Shown here: positions 13,345 through 34,100 of the stretch, in pieces
Position numbering within the stretch: position 1 is the stretch's first letter
How the letters are laid out: every line of letters begins with the position of its first letter
Assembly: GCA_002269645.1 (NCBI GenBank)
Contig: NIVC01002929.1
Location: 1 to 56,474 of the forward strand
Source: Macrostomum lignano
Lineage: Eukaryota
Direction: 5' to 3'
Length of the DNA: 56,474 nucleotides
The notes under the pieces: model-generated
Told to the model about the DNA's origin: nothing
What the model saw: only the letters and a program-made list of their open reading frames with translations
Databases searched by the model: none
Position numbers and translations under genes: made by a program

Positions 13345-14340
13345 CCAGTCACTCCTCCAGTCACTCCTCCAGTCACTCCTCCAGTCACTCCTCCAGTCAC
13401 TCCTCCAGTCACTCCTCCAGTCACTCCTCCAGTCAATCCTCCAGTCACTCCTCCAGTCAATCCTCCAGTCACTCCTCCAGTCACTCCTCCAGTCACTCCT
13501 CCAGTCAATCCTCCAGTCACTCCTCCAGTCAATCCTCCAGTCACTCCTCCAGTCACTCCTCCAGTCACTCCTCCAGTCACTCCTCCAGTCACTCCTCCAG
13601 TCACTCCTCCAGTCAATCCTCCAGTCACTCCTCCAGTCACTCCTCCAGTCACTCCTCCAGTCAATCCTCCAGTCACTCCTCCAGTCACTCCTCCAGTCAC
13701 TCCTCCAGTCACTCCTCCAGTCACTCCTCCAGTCACTCCTCCAGTCACTCCTCCAGTCACTCCTCCAGTCAATCCTCCAGTCACTCCTCCAGTCAATCCT
13801 CCAGTCACTCCTCCAGTCACTCCTCCAGTCACTCCTCCAGTCACTCCTCCAGTCACTCCTCCAGTCACTCCTCCAGTCACTCCTCCAGTCACTCCTCCAG
13901 TCACTCCTCCAGTCAATCCTCCAGTCACTCCTCCAGTCACTCCTCCAGTCACTCCTCCAGTCACTCCTCCAGTCAATCCTCCAGTCACTCCTCCAGTCAC
14001 TCCTCCAGTCACTCCTCCAGTCACTCCTCCAGTCACTCCTCCAGTCACTCCTCCAGTCACTCCTCCAGTCACTCCTCCAGTCACTCCTCCAGTCACTCCT
14101 CCAGTCAATCCTCCAGTCACTCCTCCAGTCACTCCTCCAGTCACTCCTCCAGTCACTCCTCCAGTCACTCCTCCAGTCACTCCTCCAGTCAATCCTCCAG
14201 TCACTCCTCCAGTCACTCCTCCAGTCACTCCTCCAGTCACTCCTCCAGTCACTCCTCCAGTCACTCCTCCAGTCACTCCTCCAGTCACTCCTCCAGTCAA
14301 TCCCCCAGTCACTCCTCCAGTCACTCCTCCAGTCACTCAC
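13345..14340. repeat. 12-bp minisatellite, about 80 copies, two variants
   Basis: TCACTCCTCCAG with interspersed TCAATCCTCCAG. Confidence 0.97.
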
Positions 14341-14859
14341 TCACTCACCCTCCGAATGATGAATAAATTAATTTACAAAGCTTAAATCCCAAACAGTAAA
14401 AATGGCCGTAAGCTGCATTCCATCATTAAGCTGGCTTAATGCCTACGAACTGCAGTAAGAGTTACACGCTCAGACCGTGCTATTGCGGATCGGCAAAGTT
14501 TTATAGCCCAAGCTTCAGCTCTCGTGATTAGATAACGGAGCTGGGAAGCCGCGGCAGTCCTCCCCCCTCTTACCCCCCGGGGCGATTCAAATCCTCCGTC
14601 AGCATCATTGAATCTGACGGGAAGGGGAAGCGCCGGCGTCCGGCCGACCCACCCCCCTGCTGCGATTGCCCAGTCGAACAAATTGGATAATGACATAATG
14701 AGAGAGCTAGGCCGCCTTGGCCGGTCAGGGGCGAAAATGTTTGGGTCAAAGTCGGATTTCATCAAACAAATTGCTGGCTGCGTGGAGGACTGCCTGACCG
14801 AGATGTCTTTTAGAAATCTGGCTGGCTCTCTACTTCATGCGTTTGATATGAGTCTTTCC

Positions 14860-15240
14860 TGTCTATCTGCCACTCTCCTCCCGATCTATCTGCCACTCTC
14901 CTCCCGATCTATCTGCCACTCTCCTCCCGATCTATCTGCCACTCTCCTCCCGATCTATCTGCCACTCTCCTGATCTATCTGCTACTCTCCTCCGATCTAT
15001 CTGCCACTCTCCTCCCGATCTATCTGCCACTCTCCTTCCGATCTATCTGTCACTCTCCTCCCGATCTATCTGCTACTTTCCTCACAATCTATCTGCCACT
15101 CTCCTCCCGATCTATCTGCCACTCTCCTCCCGATCTATCTGCTACTTTCCTCACAATCTATCTGCCACTCTCCTCCCGATCTATCTGCCTGCCACTCTAA
15201 ACTAGATCTATCTGCCACTCTCTTGCTGATCTAATCTGCC
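14860..15240. repeat. 23-bp minisatellite
   Basis: GATCTATCTGCCACTCTCCTCCC units. Confidence 0.9.
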
Positions 15241-15839
15241 ACTGACATCTGGATCGATATGCCCCTCTTCTCTTGATCTGCCAGTTTCAGCTGTCTATCT
15301 GACCATTTAAAATTCGATCTACCTGCCCCACAACTATCGCTCTACCTACCAGCAATACTTCTTCATCTGCTAACCTTCTTTTCCATTGAACTTTTTTTTT
15401 CACAGAAAATATTACATCTGCTTAGAAATTCAAATTCAAATTACCAAGTAAGTAAGTAAGTACTAGTAAGTATTCTAGTGACAAGTTGAGCGTGGGAACC
15501 AAAGGCCTAGATTTAAAAAATCTGTACGCGATTGAACTAACGCAGAACTGCAAAAGTAAAAATATCAGGAAATTTTAGCTTAAAAAAGAAATTTCGACAT
15601 TGTCAGAAGCCAGAGCTGAATTTATACCAGATCAAACTGAACTGCAGCTAAACAGAAAGAAAAACAGCATTAAAATTCATGTTACCATTACATGTACTTG
15701 GCAGGATTTTCATAGTTTTCTTTTAACAATCCAACCGTATACTCTATGAGTAGGCTGTCAAGAAAGGGGACGGCTTTCTTGCATGGTAACTTTCTGATTT
15801 TATTAGATAATCTCTAACATGGTGGCTTGCTAATTACCC

Positions 15840-16900
15840 TAGATAATCTCACACTGGGACCTGCTAATTCCCCTAGATAATCTCACACTGAGACCTGCTA
15901 ATTTCCCTATAATCTCATGCTAAGACTTCATAATTCCCCAAAAAATCTCACGCTGGGACTCCCTAATTCCCAAATAATCTCACGCTGAAACTCCCTAATT
16001 CCCATAGATACTCTCACACTGAGACTCCCTAATTCTCCAAATAATCTCACACTAATAAGACTCCCTAATTCCCCTAGATAATCTCACACTGAGACCTGCT
16101 AATTCCCTTAGATAATCTCACCCTGAGATCTGCTAATTTCCCTATAATCTCATGCTAAGACTTCATAATTCCCCAAAAAATCTCACGCTGGGACTCCCTA
16201 ATTCCCCAAATAATCTCACGCTGAAACTCCCTAATTCCCATAGATACTCTCACACTGAGACTCCCTAATTCTCCAAATAATCTCACACTAATAAGACTCC
16301 CTAATTCCCCTAGATAATCTCACACTGAGACCTGCTAATTCCCTTAGATAATCTCACCCTGAGATCTGCTAATTTCCCTATAATCTCATGCTAAGACTCC
16401 ATAATTCCCCAAAAAATCTCACGCTGGGACTCCCTAATTCCCCAAATAATCTCACGCTGAAACTCCCTAATTCCCATAGATACTCTCACACTGAGACTCC
16501 CTAAGTCTCCAAATAATCTCACACTAATAAGACTCCCTAATTCCCCTAGATAATCTCACACTGAGACCTGCTAATTTCCCTAGATAATCTCATACTGAGA
16601 CTCCCTAATTCCCCAAATAATCTCACATTGAGACTCCCTAATTCCCCTAAATAATCTCAAACTGAGACTTGATAATTTACCTAGATAATCTCACACTGAG
16701 ACTCCCTAATTCCCCAAATAATCTCACACTGAGACTTGCTAATTCTCCTAGATAATCTCACACTGAGACTCCCTAATTTCCCTGGGTAATCTCATAATGG
16801 AGCTTTATAATTTCCTTAGATAATCTCATAATGAGACTTGTTAGTTCCCCAAGATAATCTAACAATGAAACGTTTTAATTCCCCCAGATAACTTCACAAA
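15840..16900. repeat. About 33-bp satellite with a 7-mer higher-order repeat of about 235 bp
   Basis: GATAATCTCACACTGAGAC-type monomers; the variant AATCTCATGCTAAGAC recurs at 15911, 16146 and 16382. Confidence 0.9.
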
Positions 16901-17432
16901 ATAAAATTCATCTAGAAACCCTTGATTCAGCTAGGAATCAAGACTATCAACCGTCCCTCCTTTTGAAAATTTCCTATTAATACTTGAAACTCACTCAAAA
17001 GACAATAAAAAAGGCAATTCTGTCTATAAAAATCCTTACGTTACGCTACGAGAAGCGAAAGCAAAACATCTGCTTCTTTACTTGACATAGCCATATATTG
17101 GGAAAGTGCGGTTCCCGAATGCTCTTTGACTAACTTTGGCTATACAGTAACTTTTTTAGCTCCTACATGGATTTCAAGCAAGCAGCCGATGAAAGCAAAT
17201 ATTTATATAGGCATGTAAAGTCTCCAACAGCAGAGCTCAGCTCTGCACAGGTGAAGGATGGGAGAGTTCTACCGCAAAGCAGCAGCAGCAGGTATTGTAA
17301 AGTGAGGCTCTCTGTTTTTTCTATTAAAGAGGAGGTCTGGACTGGCTGAGAATTCAGCATTTAGAATACAGGAGAGAATTAAAACACAGAGTGGCTCTGC
17401 AATCGGCGGGTTCCTCAAGCAGAACTTGAGAA

Positions 17433-18196
17433 ATGAAGTCAACTCTGCTTCTTCTGTTCGCCCTCTGCAAGGCAGTCGGCGGTCAGCAGTGTCGTTACAC
17501 CTTCGAGCCGGTGACAGCCAGCCTGTGCATCAACAGCAAGTTCACGGAGGTCATCAGCATTGACCCTGCCGGTCCTACCTCGGAGATGCAATGCTCAGTG
17601 CAGTGCAGCATCAGGCAGCGCTGCCAGGCATTCAGCACTGCAGACGGTCCGTGCCAGCTGTTCGTGTTCGACAGGTGCAGCAAAGGCGTGAGGAACTGCA
17701 GCTGCTCTCGGACAGGCCGGCTGTTTGTGAAGAGCCAGCTGGGACTGCAGCCAGGCCGCCTGTGTCCGGCTGGCTATGCCGATGAGCGGTGCGGAGTGAA
17801 GTACAAGGTGTACCCGATCTCTGGCAACTGGTGGGACGCCAAGCAGAGGTGCGAGAATGATAGCGGACTGGTGATCATGGCGGATGTGGAGGATGCAGCT
17901 GAGATGTCCTTCATTGACAAACGCTTCAATGCTGCGTACTTCAGCCAGTCGAAGTCAATGTGGCTCGGAGGCTACCAGTCACCGGGCAGCCGGGAGCCGG
18001 CTGGTTCTGGGTCGGCTGCAACACCAGCTTGACCAGCGGCCTGTGGGGCACCGGGCAGCCGGACAATGCCTCCACAATAGACGAGAACACGGTGCACAGG
18101 TTTCATGGAATGCCGGGTCTCAATGATTTCCCAGCCTCTCCGCCGGTCAACAGACCGCCATTCGTGCTGTGCGAGTGCGTGTCGCCATTCAACTGA
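17433..18196 (+). CDS. Secreted PAN/apple + C-type lectin domain protein, intronless, interrupted by a 1-nt frameshift near 17991-18002
   Basis: Signal peptide MKSTLLLLFALCKAVGG; PAN motif CSVQCSIRQRCQAFSTADGPCQLF; CTLD start CPAGY..WWDAKQRC..MWLGG. The CTLD end (GWFWVG..LWGTGQPDN..LNDF..VLCE) lies in the frame of ORF 17960..18196. Confidence 0.85.
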
Positions 18197-18713
18197 TCCT
18201 CAACTGCAGTGCACAGCTGTTCCTGCCGAAATCTCCAAGAAAGCCCTTCAATCAACAAAGTTATCAACGACGTCATAAGCTGTGGGACTTGAAGACGTCA
18301 ATCAAGTATACATAAATATTGACACCTTAGAAAAACATTGTACGTATAATTTTCTGCATTTGCAATACGCTCGTATTATCTCAAAACTGTCAAACAAATC
18401 CAACAATTCTTAGAATACAAATTAGGATTTATCCCAGGCAGATTTAACAAGACGCTTGCTAGCGACAACCACAGCTGGACAGAATATATTTACTGTCACA
18501 CCGACTGACAATGTTACAATCAGCACGGGGCTACGGGACAAATACTCGTACAACTATGCAACCGGTTCTCAGTTTTCAAGCAGACTCAATCAAGTCACTA
18601 AAAGGAACCGGCCAGGTTTCACAAGCTCGAAAAGTGCAGCCTTTGACTATCTCTCTGCTTCGACCCCTGGATCGATATTTGGGTCAGTAGTTTGTCGTTC
18701 GGTTCACACCCGT

Positions 18714-18805
18714 GAGGGCCAACCCCCTAACAAGGCACGGAGACTGTACATTCCCGACGATTAGAGAAAGTCAGGGCCGCTGTACACCCTGTGTGAGCGC
18801 GTGCC
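18714..18805 (+). mobile_element. Dispersed repeat family B (hairpin domain, probable SINE central domain)
   Basis: GAGGGCCA..CAAGGCAC..TGTACA..GACGATTAGAGAAAGTCAGGGCCGCTGTACACCCTGTGTGAGC, shared with 34145, 39897, 52261 and degenerate 3394/5163 copies. Confidence 0.75.
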
Positions 18806-19605
18806 TACTCAGGAGTGAACAGGAATGACTAAGATTATAAATTATAGCATTAATATTAGATAACTAGGCATATTAGTGTCAGTCAGACAGTCTTCTTTGA
18901 CAAAGTTTTCAAAGATATTAATGTAAACCTCGAGCTTGTGAAAGCGACCCGATAAAAAGACTAGCTATAAATTATATTCAACAAAGTGGGGACAAACACA
19001 ATTATATACCTAATAGTATAAGCATATACTATAGTGACCAATGCGCTTTAATCTAAACTAAACAATAGAAAAAGCCAGATATGCATTGGATTAACCAAAA
19101 ATTACATCAGCGATATTCACTCCGCAAAAAATCAATGAAATCAGGCGCAATTATTTTAATGCTCAGCTTTCATAACTGGATACCAGAAATTTCACGATAT
19201 AAGCATACTTAACTACTGATTAGAAGCCAACTAAGTAGTGCAGTATAGAAAAAAACGCAAAAATACAATATTGCAGATGAAAAAGTTGTTAAAATAAATG
19301 TTAAAAAATGATTCAAATCGCAAAAAATCAAAGATTAGGGAATCGAAACTAAGAAAAGTACACTATACTCGTAAGAGACGGATATAATGGATATATTGTT
19401 GCACTAAATCAGCAGAATAACTGTGAAATTATTAATGCCAAAACTTTGTTAGCAAAAATACGCTTCAAAAAACAGCTTCAACAGCATCAGAGAAAAAATA
19501 GTTCACACAAAAAGTATATTCCATGCATCATTAGTTTCTAGCAGGCATTTTGTGCTCAAGTTTAACTCTCCAAATTGTGCAATTATGCTACTCAGAGCAT
19601 CGCAG

Positions 19606-27504
<7,899 letters not shown>

Positions 27505-28251
27505 GATTGTTAGCACGCTGGTTTTTGGTTTATTGTCATATAGTATACTATTTGCAGCGAAGGAGTCAGAGGAGAAGCGGTCGCATGGGGGGGAGAGGAC
27601 AGGAGCGCACGCCAATAAATATTTGCCAGCACAACATGGGATGGGGCAAAAGCTGCAGGGTAAGAGAAAAGGCGGGGTGGGCAGAGAGAGCGAGCGGGGA
27701 TTGGCTGCAGCCACACAAACTGCGACTGGGGGGGTAGAAAACCAGAATTACAGAAAACAGTGACAGCCAATGAGAGAGCACGGAGGGGGAGGGATAATAA
27801 TAATCAGGGGTGAGAAAGATGCAGACATAGGCTGGACAAATAAACAACTATCAGTTGGTCTAGTGCAGTGGCACCAAAAATAAATAAAGTACTCTAAGAA
27901 ACTAGCTCACAACAAGTTGCAAGCATGGAAGGGGTGGGAAGGGTTGGCAGAGGGAGAGAGAGAGAGAGAGACTACAGTAAGGGCAAATACATTGAGTTAC
28001 AAATTCACAACAAATCTTTTTTAATTTTACTTTTGAAATGCTTATCTTATTTGTGGATAGGCCTATCATTTTAGTTCCATCAAAGTATAATTCAATTCCT
28101 CAATTTTATACCATTTTTAGCCTAGGCCAAGGCCTAATAATGAAATGATATACCCATTTACTTATTAACACTAGCTGTAATATATTTGCAAATAGGACAA
28201 TTAAGGGAGTATGGCTAATGGGCCCACAACTTATTTTCTGCATGTTTTACA
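27505..28251. promoter_or_regulatory. Divergent PFKFB/ACSS1 intergenic region, probable bidirectional promoter
   Basis: 747 bp between opposed start codons; GC box GGCGGGG at 27671, ATTGG at 27700 and CCAAT at 27767 in opposite orientations, GA tracts. Confidence 0.5.
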
Positions 28252-30892
28252 ATGCTGAGATGCCCACTACAGCTGGTCAGACTCAGGCTGCCAGTCAGGC
28301 AGTTATCAGATCTGACTACTAAGTTCACAGGTCTTGGCAGTTTCAGCAACCTAAACTATGACCAACTGCAATCTAGCCTGCGCACTGATTCATCTCAGTG
28401 TGAGCAGTTCTGGAAGCTTATTGGAGAACAGCAACTGAATTGGATGCAGCCATTTCATACTGTCTCAGATTGCGACTTGAAATCTGCTAAGATTGCTTGG
28501 TATCTTGGTGGCAAACTCAATGCTAGTGGTGAGTAGGGGAGTTCATGTTAAAAACGATACCGTGACAAAAATCGTTAAGAGTCACTTACTAGAGACTCGG
28601 GCAGGGGTAGGCAAACTTTGTTACCTTAAGGGCCAGATAGAGAACCTAGCGCATGACTGCGGGCCAGAGGAGGGGAGAAAGAGGGGAGGGAATAGACAAA
28701 AGAGATTGAATAAAGGAGAAGAGAGGAGATGAGAGTAGAGGAGTGATGATATAGAAGAAGGGAGAGAAGATGAGAGGAGGGAGACGAGATATGAGAAAGG
28801 AGAGAGAGAAGTGAATATGAGAGATAAGAGAAAAGAGAAGAAAATGAGATTAGAGAGAAAAGAGCTGAGAAGAGACACAAATCTTAAGCGGGCTGGATTG
28901 CAATCATGAATTTTCAAAGGACCAAGGGCCTGACTAATACATGTAGAGAGGCTTTGAGGGTCACAGATGGCCCGCGGGCCGGAGGTTGCCTACCCCTGCT
29001 CTAGGGCTACTCTTGTGACTTTTTAATGACTCAAAGCGCGTCACGTGAGCTCAAAAAGTGCCGTCCAAAAATCGTTGTGTCAGGCGTTTAACTTTCGCTA
29101 GATAGAGATATGACTCTACAGCAACTCTAGCATGCCTCAGATTCAACTCTACTTGTCCCAAAGTTGTTAGCCCATCGCATCAGTCAGTAACTTGTGTGGC
29201 CTCAGAGAGTTGCAGAAAATAAAATGCTTCAAAGTGACTCTTTGGGGACTCTTTGGGCAACTTTTACCATCGCATCACATTGTTCTAAGCTCACTTCTTT
29301 TCTATTTTATTTGTGTTACCTGCAAAAAATTCTTAGCCTAAGTACTGAACTTTCATTGGAGTAACCAGAATTTTCCCATATCTATGTCTGTACCAATATC
29401 TAAATTTTCTCATACCCATATCTGTACCCATAGCTAATTAATTTCCCATAACTTCCCATAATATGGCGATAAAGTAAGTAAAGAATATCATAAATAGTTT
29501 AACCTATCACTTATTAATAGGCATTTATCTTAACCTTTCGCCCCACCACCCTAACCACACGAGGTGCATGTGGCATCAGAAATATCTGTTGCTTTGAGTC
29601 CCTGACCCCAGGGAATTAAGAGTTCCCCTCAAAAATGCTTTGAATCTGGTAAAGATCTTTTTTTTTCTATCCCATCTACCTTACTTGCTACCTTCCTTGA
29701 CTAGCATTGAAGTCAAGGGCTCCAGTGGTGCTTTGAGTGTTTTGTCTCAGTTATTGAGTGGCTAGATATGGAAAATATGTGTTCCCATAACCATATTAAT
29801 GACTTCCTATAGCTGTATCCGTACGTACGGTGAAATTCTAGTATATCTTTATCAGCATTAGCCAAAATCATAAAACTGGGTCCGTGCATCTTCATGACTG
29901 TGCATTGCACTCTCGATTTCACAGCCAACTGCATCGATAGGCATCTTGCTACACGGGCTGATCAGACTGCATTGATCTGGGAGCAAGATGAGCCCGGGAA
30001 TCAGGTTTATATCACCTATAAGTGAGTCTCATTTGTTTGCATTATTGATGTAGCCTTGTAATTTATCTGAATGTGTTATGTTTCACTGAATCTATCAATA
30101 CATTGACAGGTTCCACTTCGATATGGTAAGATATATTCAATAGTGTAGATAGGTAGAGACTTAATTTCTAATTTCTGTTAGTCAGTTGTTAGGATAACTA
30201 TATGTACATAAAATTGATGGATCTTTGCTTATAAAAGATATTTATTATTTGCATCAATTTAATGCTTTAATAGAGCCAAGTAAGTCTAAATGTAGTCTAA
30301 CTTCTGACTGACTGACTGACTGACTGACTGACTGACTGACTGACTGACTGACTGACTGACTGACTGACTGACTGACTGACTGACTAAATCTACCACTTGA
30401 CATTTGCAGGCAGCTGCACGCGGAAGTTTGCCGCATTGCCAGCTTGCTGCTGCAGTCTGGCCTGCAAGCCGGCGACACCGCGGTGCTGTACATGCCGACT
30501 GGGCCGCCAGTTGTGTACTGCATGCTGGCCTGCGCCAGGATCGGCGTGGCCCATTCCGTTGTGTTTGCCGGGTTCAGTGCCGAGGCTTTGGCCGCTAGAA
30601 TTCAAGATGGTGAGATTTAGTTAACGACTAATTATTGGATCATTAAATTAAAGCCTTGGGTCTTAAAGTGTTTGATAAGATTGAGAACTTGCTCAAGTTA
30701 TACGAAGTTAATATGGGACATCTGGTATCCAAGATAGCTGCAATACTACTACTACTACTGCTACTGCTACTACTACTGCTACTACTACTACTACTACTAC
30801 TACTACTGCTACTACTGCTACTACTACTACTACTACTACTGCTACTACTACTACTACTACTGCTACTACTACTACTGCTACTACTACTACTG

Positions 30893-30948
<56 letters not shown>

Positions 30949-30949
30949 G

Positions 30950-31014
<65 letters not shown>

Positions 31015-31015
31015 G

Positions 31016-31086
<71 letters not shown>

Positions 31087-31087
31087 G

Positions 31088-31168
<81 letters not shown>

Positions 31169-34100
31169 GTGCAACCGACTAAACAGCTCAGCCGCAGCTA
31201 TTGCGCGGCGCATCTGAAGGCTGCGTACGGCTGTTCAGTCCATGGACTGAGGGGGGATCGCCACACACATCCTCAATTACTCCAGCTAATGCTGGCACCC
31301 ATTTTACAGCTGGATGAACTGAATCAATGCAGCGTTAAGTGTCTTGCTCTAGGAAACAAATTTTGATCCAAGTGGGTCGAGAAATCGAACCCCCGACCTT
31401 ACAGTCGTGAGTCCTACACTCTAACCACTAGGCTTACAACCCCTTGTAGCATTGTAGCATACGCAAAGAACGAAGTTACAAGCATTGTGTGGCTGTATTT
31501 AAAAATATGCTTATACTGTTAAACAACCAACCATTTTTTATCACGAAAGCTAATTTGTATCCATCAATCACTCAACAGTGGGCGCCAAGGTTGTCATAAC
31601 AACAGACCAAGCTATCAGAGGCGGCAAGACTGTGGAATTGAAACGCACAGTTGATGCAGCTGTCAAGTCTTGTCCAATGGTAGAACGCGTGTTTGTAAGC
31701 ACCAGGACTGGCGCCAGCGTACCTATGGGCAGCATTGACGTGCCATTGGAGAAGGTAATTTGTAGTATTGTAATTGCTTGGACCCCGCCCCTATGATTGT
31801 TCGAAGGGTCAGTGTCCCGGAAATTATCTCCTTTATTCTTAATTATCTGCCCCTAGAATGTGACCCCCCTTAATTACTGACCCCGTCTAGAATGTGACCC
31901 TCATTAATTACTGACCCCCTCTAGGATGTGACCCTCATTAATTACTGGCCCCCCTCTAGAATGTGACCCCCTTAATTACTGGCCTCCCTCTAGAATGTGA
32001 CCCCCTTAATTACTGGCCTCGCTCTAGAATGTGACCCTCATTAATTACTGACCCCCTCTAGGATGTGACCCTCATTAATTACTGGCCCCCCTCTAGAATG
32101 TGACCCCCTTAATTACTGGCCTCCCTCTAGAATGTGACCCCCTTAATTACTGGCCTCCCTCTAGAATGTTACCCCCTTAATTACTGGCCTCGCTCTAGAA
32201 TGGGACCCCCTTAATTACTGGCCTCCCTCTAGAATGTTACCCCCTTAATTACTGGCCTCCCTCTAGAATGTGACCCCCTTAATTACTGGCCTCCCTCTAG
32301 AATGTTACCCCCTTAATTACTGGCCTCGCTCTAGAATGGGACCCCCTTAATTACTGGCCTCCCTCTAGAATGTGACCCCCTTAATTACTGGCCTCCCTCT
32401 AGAATGTTACCCCTTAATTACTGGCCTCGCTCTAGAATGGGACCCCCTTAATTACTGGCCTCCCTCTAGAATGTGACCCCCTTAATTACTGGCCTCCCTC
32501 TAGAATGTGACCCCCTTAATTACTGGCCTCCCTCTAGAATGTGACCCCCTTAATTACTGGCCTCCCTCTAGAATGTTACCCCCTTAATTACTGGCCTCGC
32601 TCTAGAATGGGACCCCCTTAATTACTGGCCTCCCTCTAGAATGTGACCCCCTTAATTACTGGCCTCCCTCTAGAATGTGACCCCCTTAATTACTGGCCTC
32701 CCTCTAGAATGTTACCCCCTTAATTACTGGCCTCGCTCTAGAATGGGACCCCCTTAATTACTGGCCTCCCTCTAGAATGTGACCCCCTTAATTACTGGCC
32801 TCCCTCTAGAATGTTACCCCCTTAATTACTGGCCTCGCTCTAGAATGGGACCCCCTTAATTACTGACCCCTGGAAAGTGACCCCGACTTTTTTCCTACCC
32901 CCCCCTCTACAATGTGACCCCCTAGAATGTGACTTCCCCCTGAATTACTGACCCATTTAGAATGTGACCCCCAGTAATTACTGACCCCCCACTAGAATGT
33001 AACTTCATTAACTACAGACCACTTTAGAGTGTGATTCCCTTAATTACATGTATTCATCTGGAATGTGGCCCCCATTAAGCACTGACCCCCTCTAGAAAGT
33101 GACCCCCATTTATTTCTTACCCCTTATAGAATGTGACCCCCCTTATTGCGGACCCACTGGAAAGTGACCCCCATTAATTACTCCCCCCCTTCAGAACGCG
33201 GCCGCCTGCTCAGCCGACTGTGCCGCAGAGCCGATGGACAGCGAGCAGCCGCTATTCGTGCTGTACACATCCGGTTCAACTGGCAAGCCGAAAGGCCTGG
33301 TGCACAGCACCGCAGGCTATCTGGTGTACACCAGCCTTACGCATCAGCACGTGTTCGACTATCGGCCCGGCCAGGACATCTTCGGCTGCGTCGCCGACGT
33401 CGGCTGGATCACCGGGCACAGCTATGTGGTGTACGGGCCCTTGGCTAACGGCGGCACAACTCTGCTGTTTGAGAGCACGCCAGCCTATCCGGATGTTGGA
33501 CGCTACTGGGAGACTGCCGAACGGCTGGGCCTGACGCATATTTATTTGTCGCCTACGTCATTGAGAATGCTGCTGAGATATAGCACTGATTTTGTTACTA
33601 AGTAAGTTGATATTTGATGCTTGACCCCTAAATTTTAACTCTTACTGAACTAATTAGATGGCGAAGCATTTTTGTAGTTAAAGAAAGTCATAGTTACTTC
33701 CACCGTTTACTTAAAAATTATTTGCGGTTACATTTTCAGTGTGTATTTTTCGTTCACGCTGGATTGTCTCAGGTGTGAAACACAATTAAAGTGTGTCCCG
33801 CGTGTGACATCACAATTAAAGTGTCTCGGGTGTGACATCACACAATTAAAGTGTGTCTCAGGTGTGACATCACACAATTAAAGTGTGTCTTGGGTGTGAC
33901 ATCACACAGTTAAAGTGTGTCTCAGGTGTGACATCACACAATTAAAGTGTGTCTCAGGTCAGGTGTGACATCACACAATTAAAGTGTGTCTCGGGTGTGA
34001 CATCACACAATTAAAGAGTGTCTCAGGTCAGGTGTGACATCACACAATTAAAGAGTGTCTCAGGTGTGACATCACACAATTAAAGAGTGTCTCAGGTGTG

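Noticed and set aside
12230-14340. Long repetitive ORFs (YRLGATDWELQTGS, SDWR, GGVT) resembling antifreeze or structural proteins
   Set aside because: They are translations of 14-bp and 12-bp minisatellites that are open in several frames or strands, with no signal peptide or unique domain.
14436-14973. GC-rich island with ORFs on both strands
   Set aside because: No family motifs; the + ORF runs into a minisatellite; more likely regulatory or TE-derived.
30656-31366. 236-aa poly-Leu ORF
   Set aside because: (CTA)n microsatellite plus antisense SINE inside an ACSS1 intron.
31368-31443. tRNA-like sequence (also at 46912-46985), CAC anticodon-like loop
   Set aside because: It continues directly into the CORE-like domain and shared tail, and stems are imperfect; this is a SINE head, not a tRNA gene.
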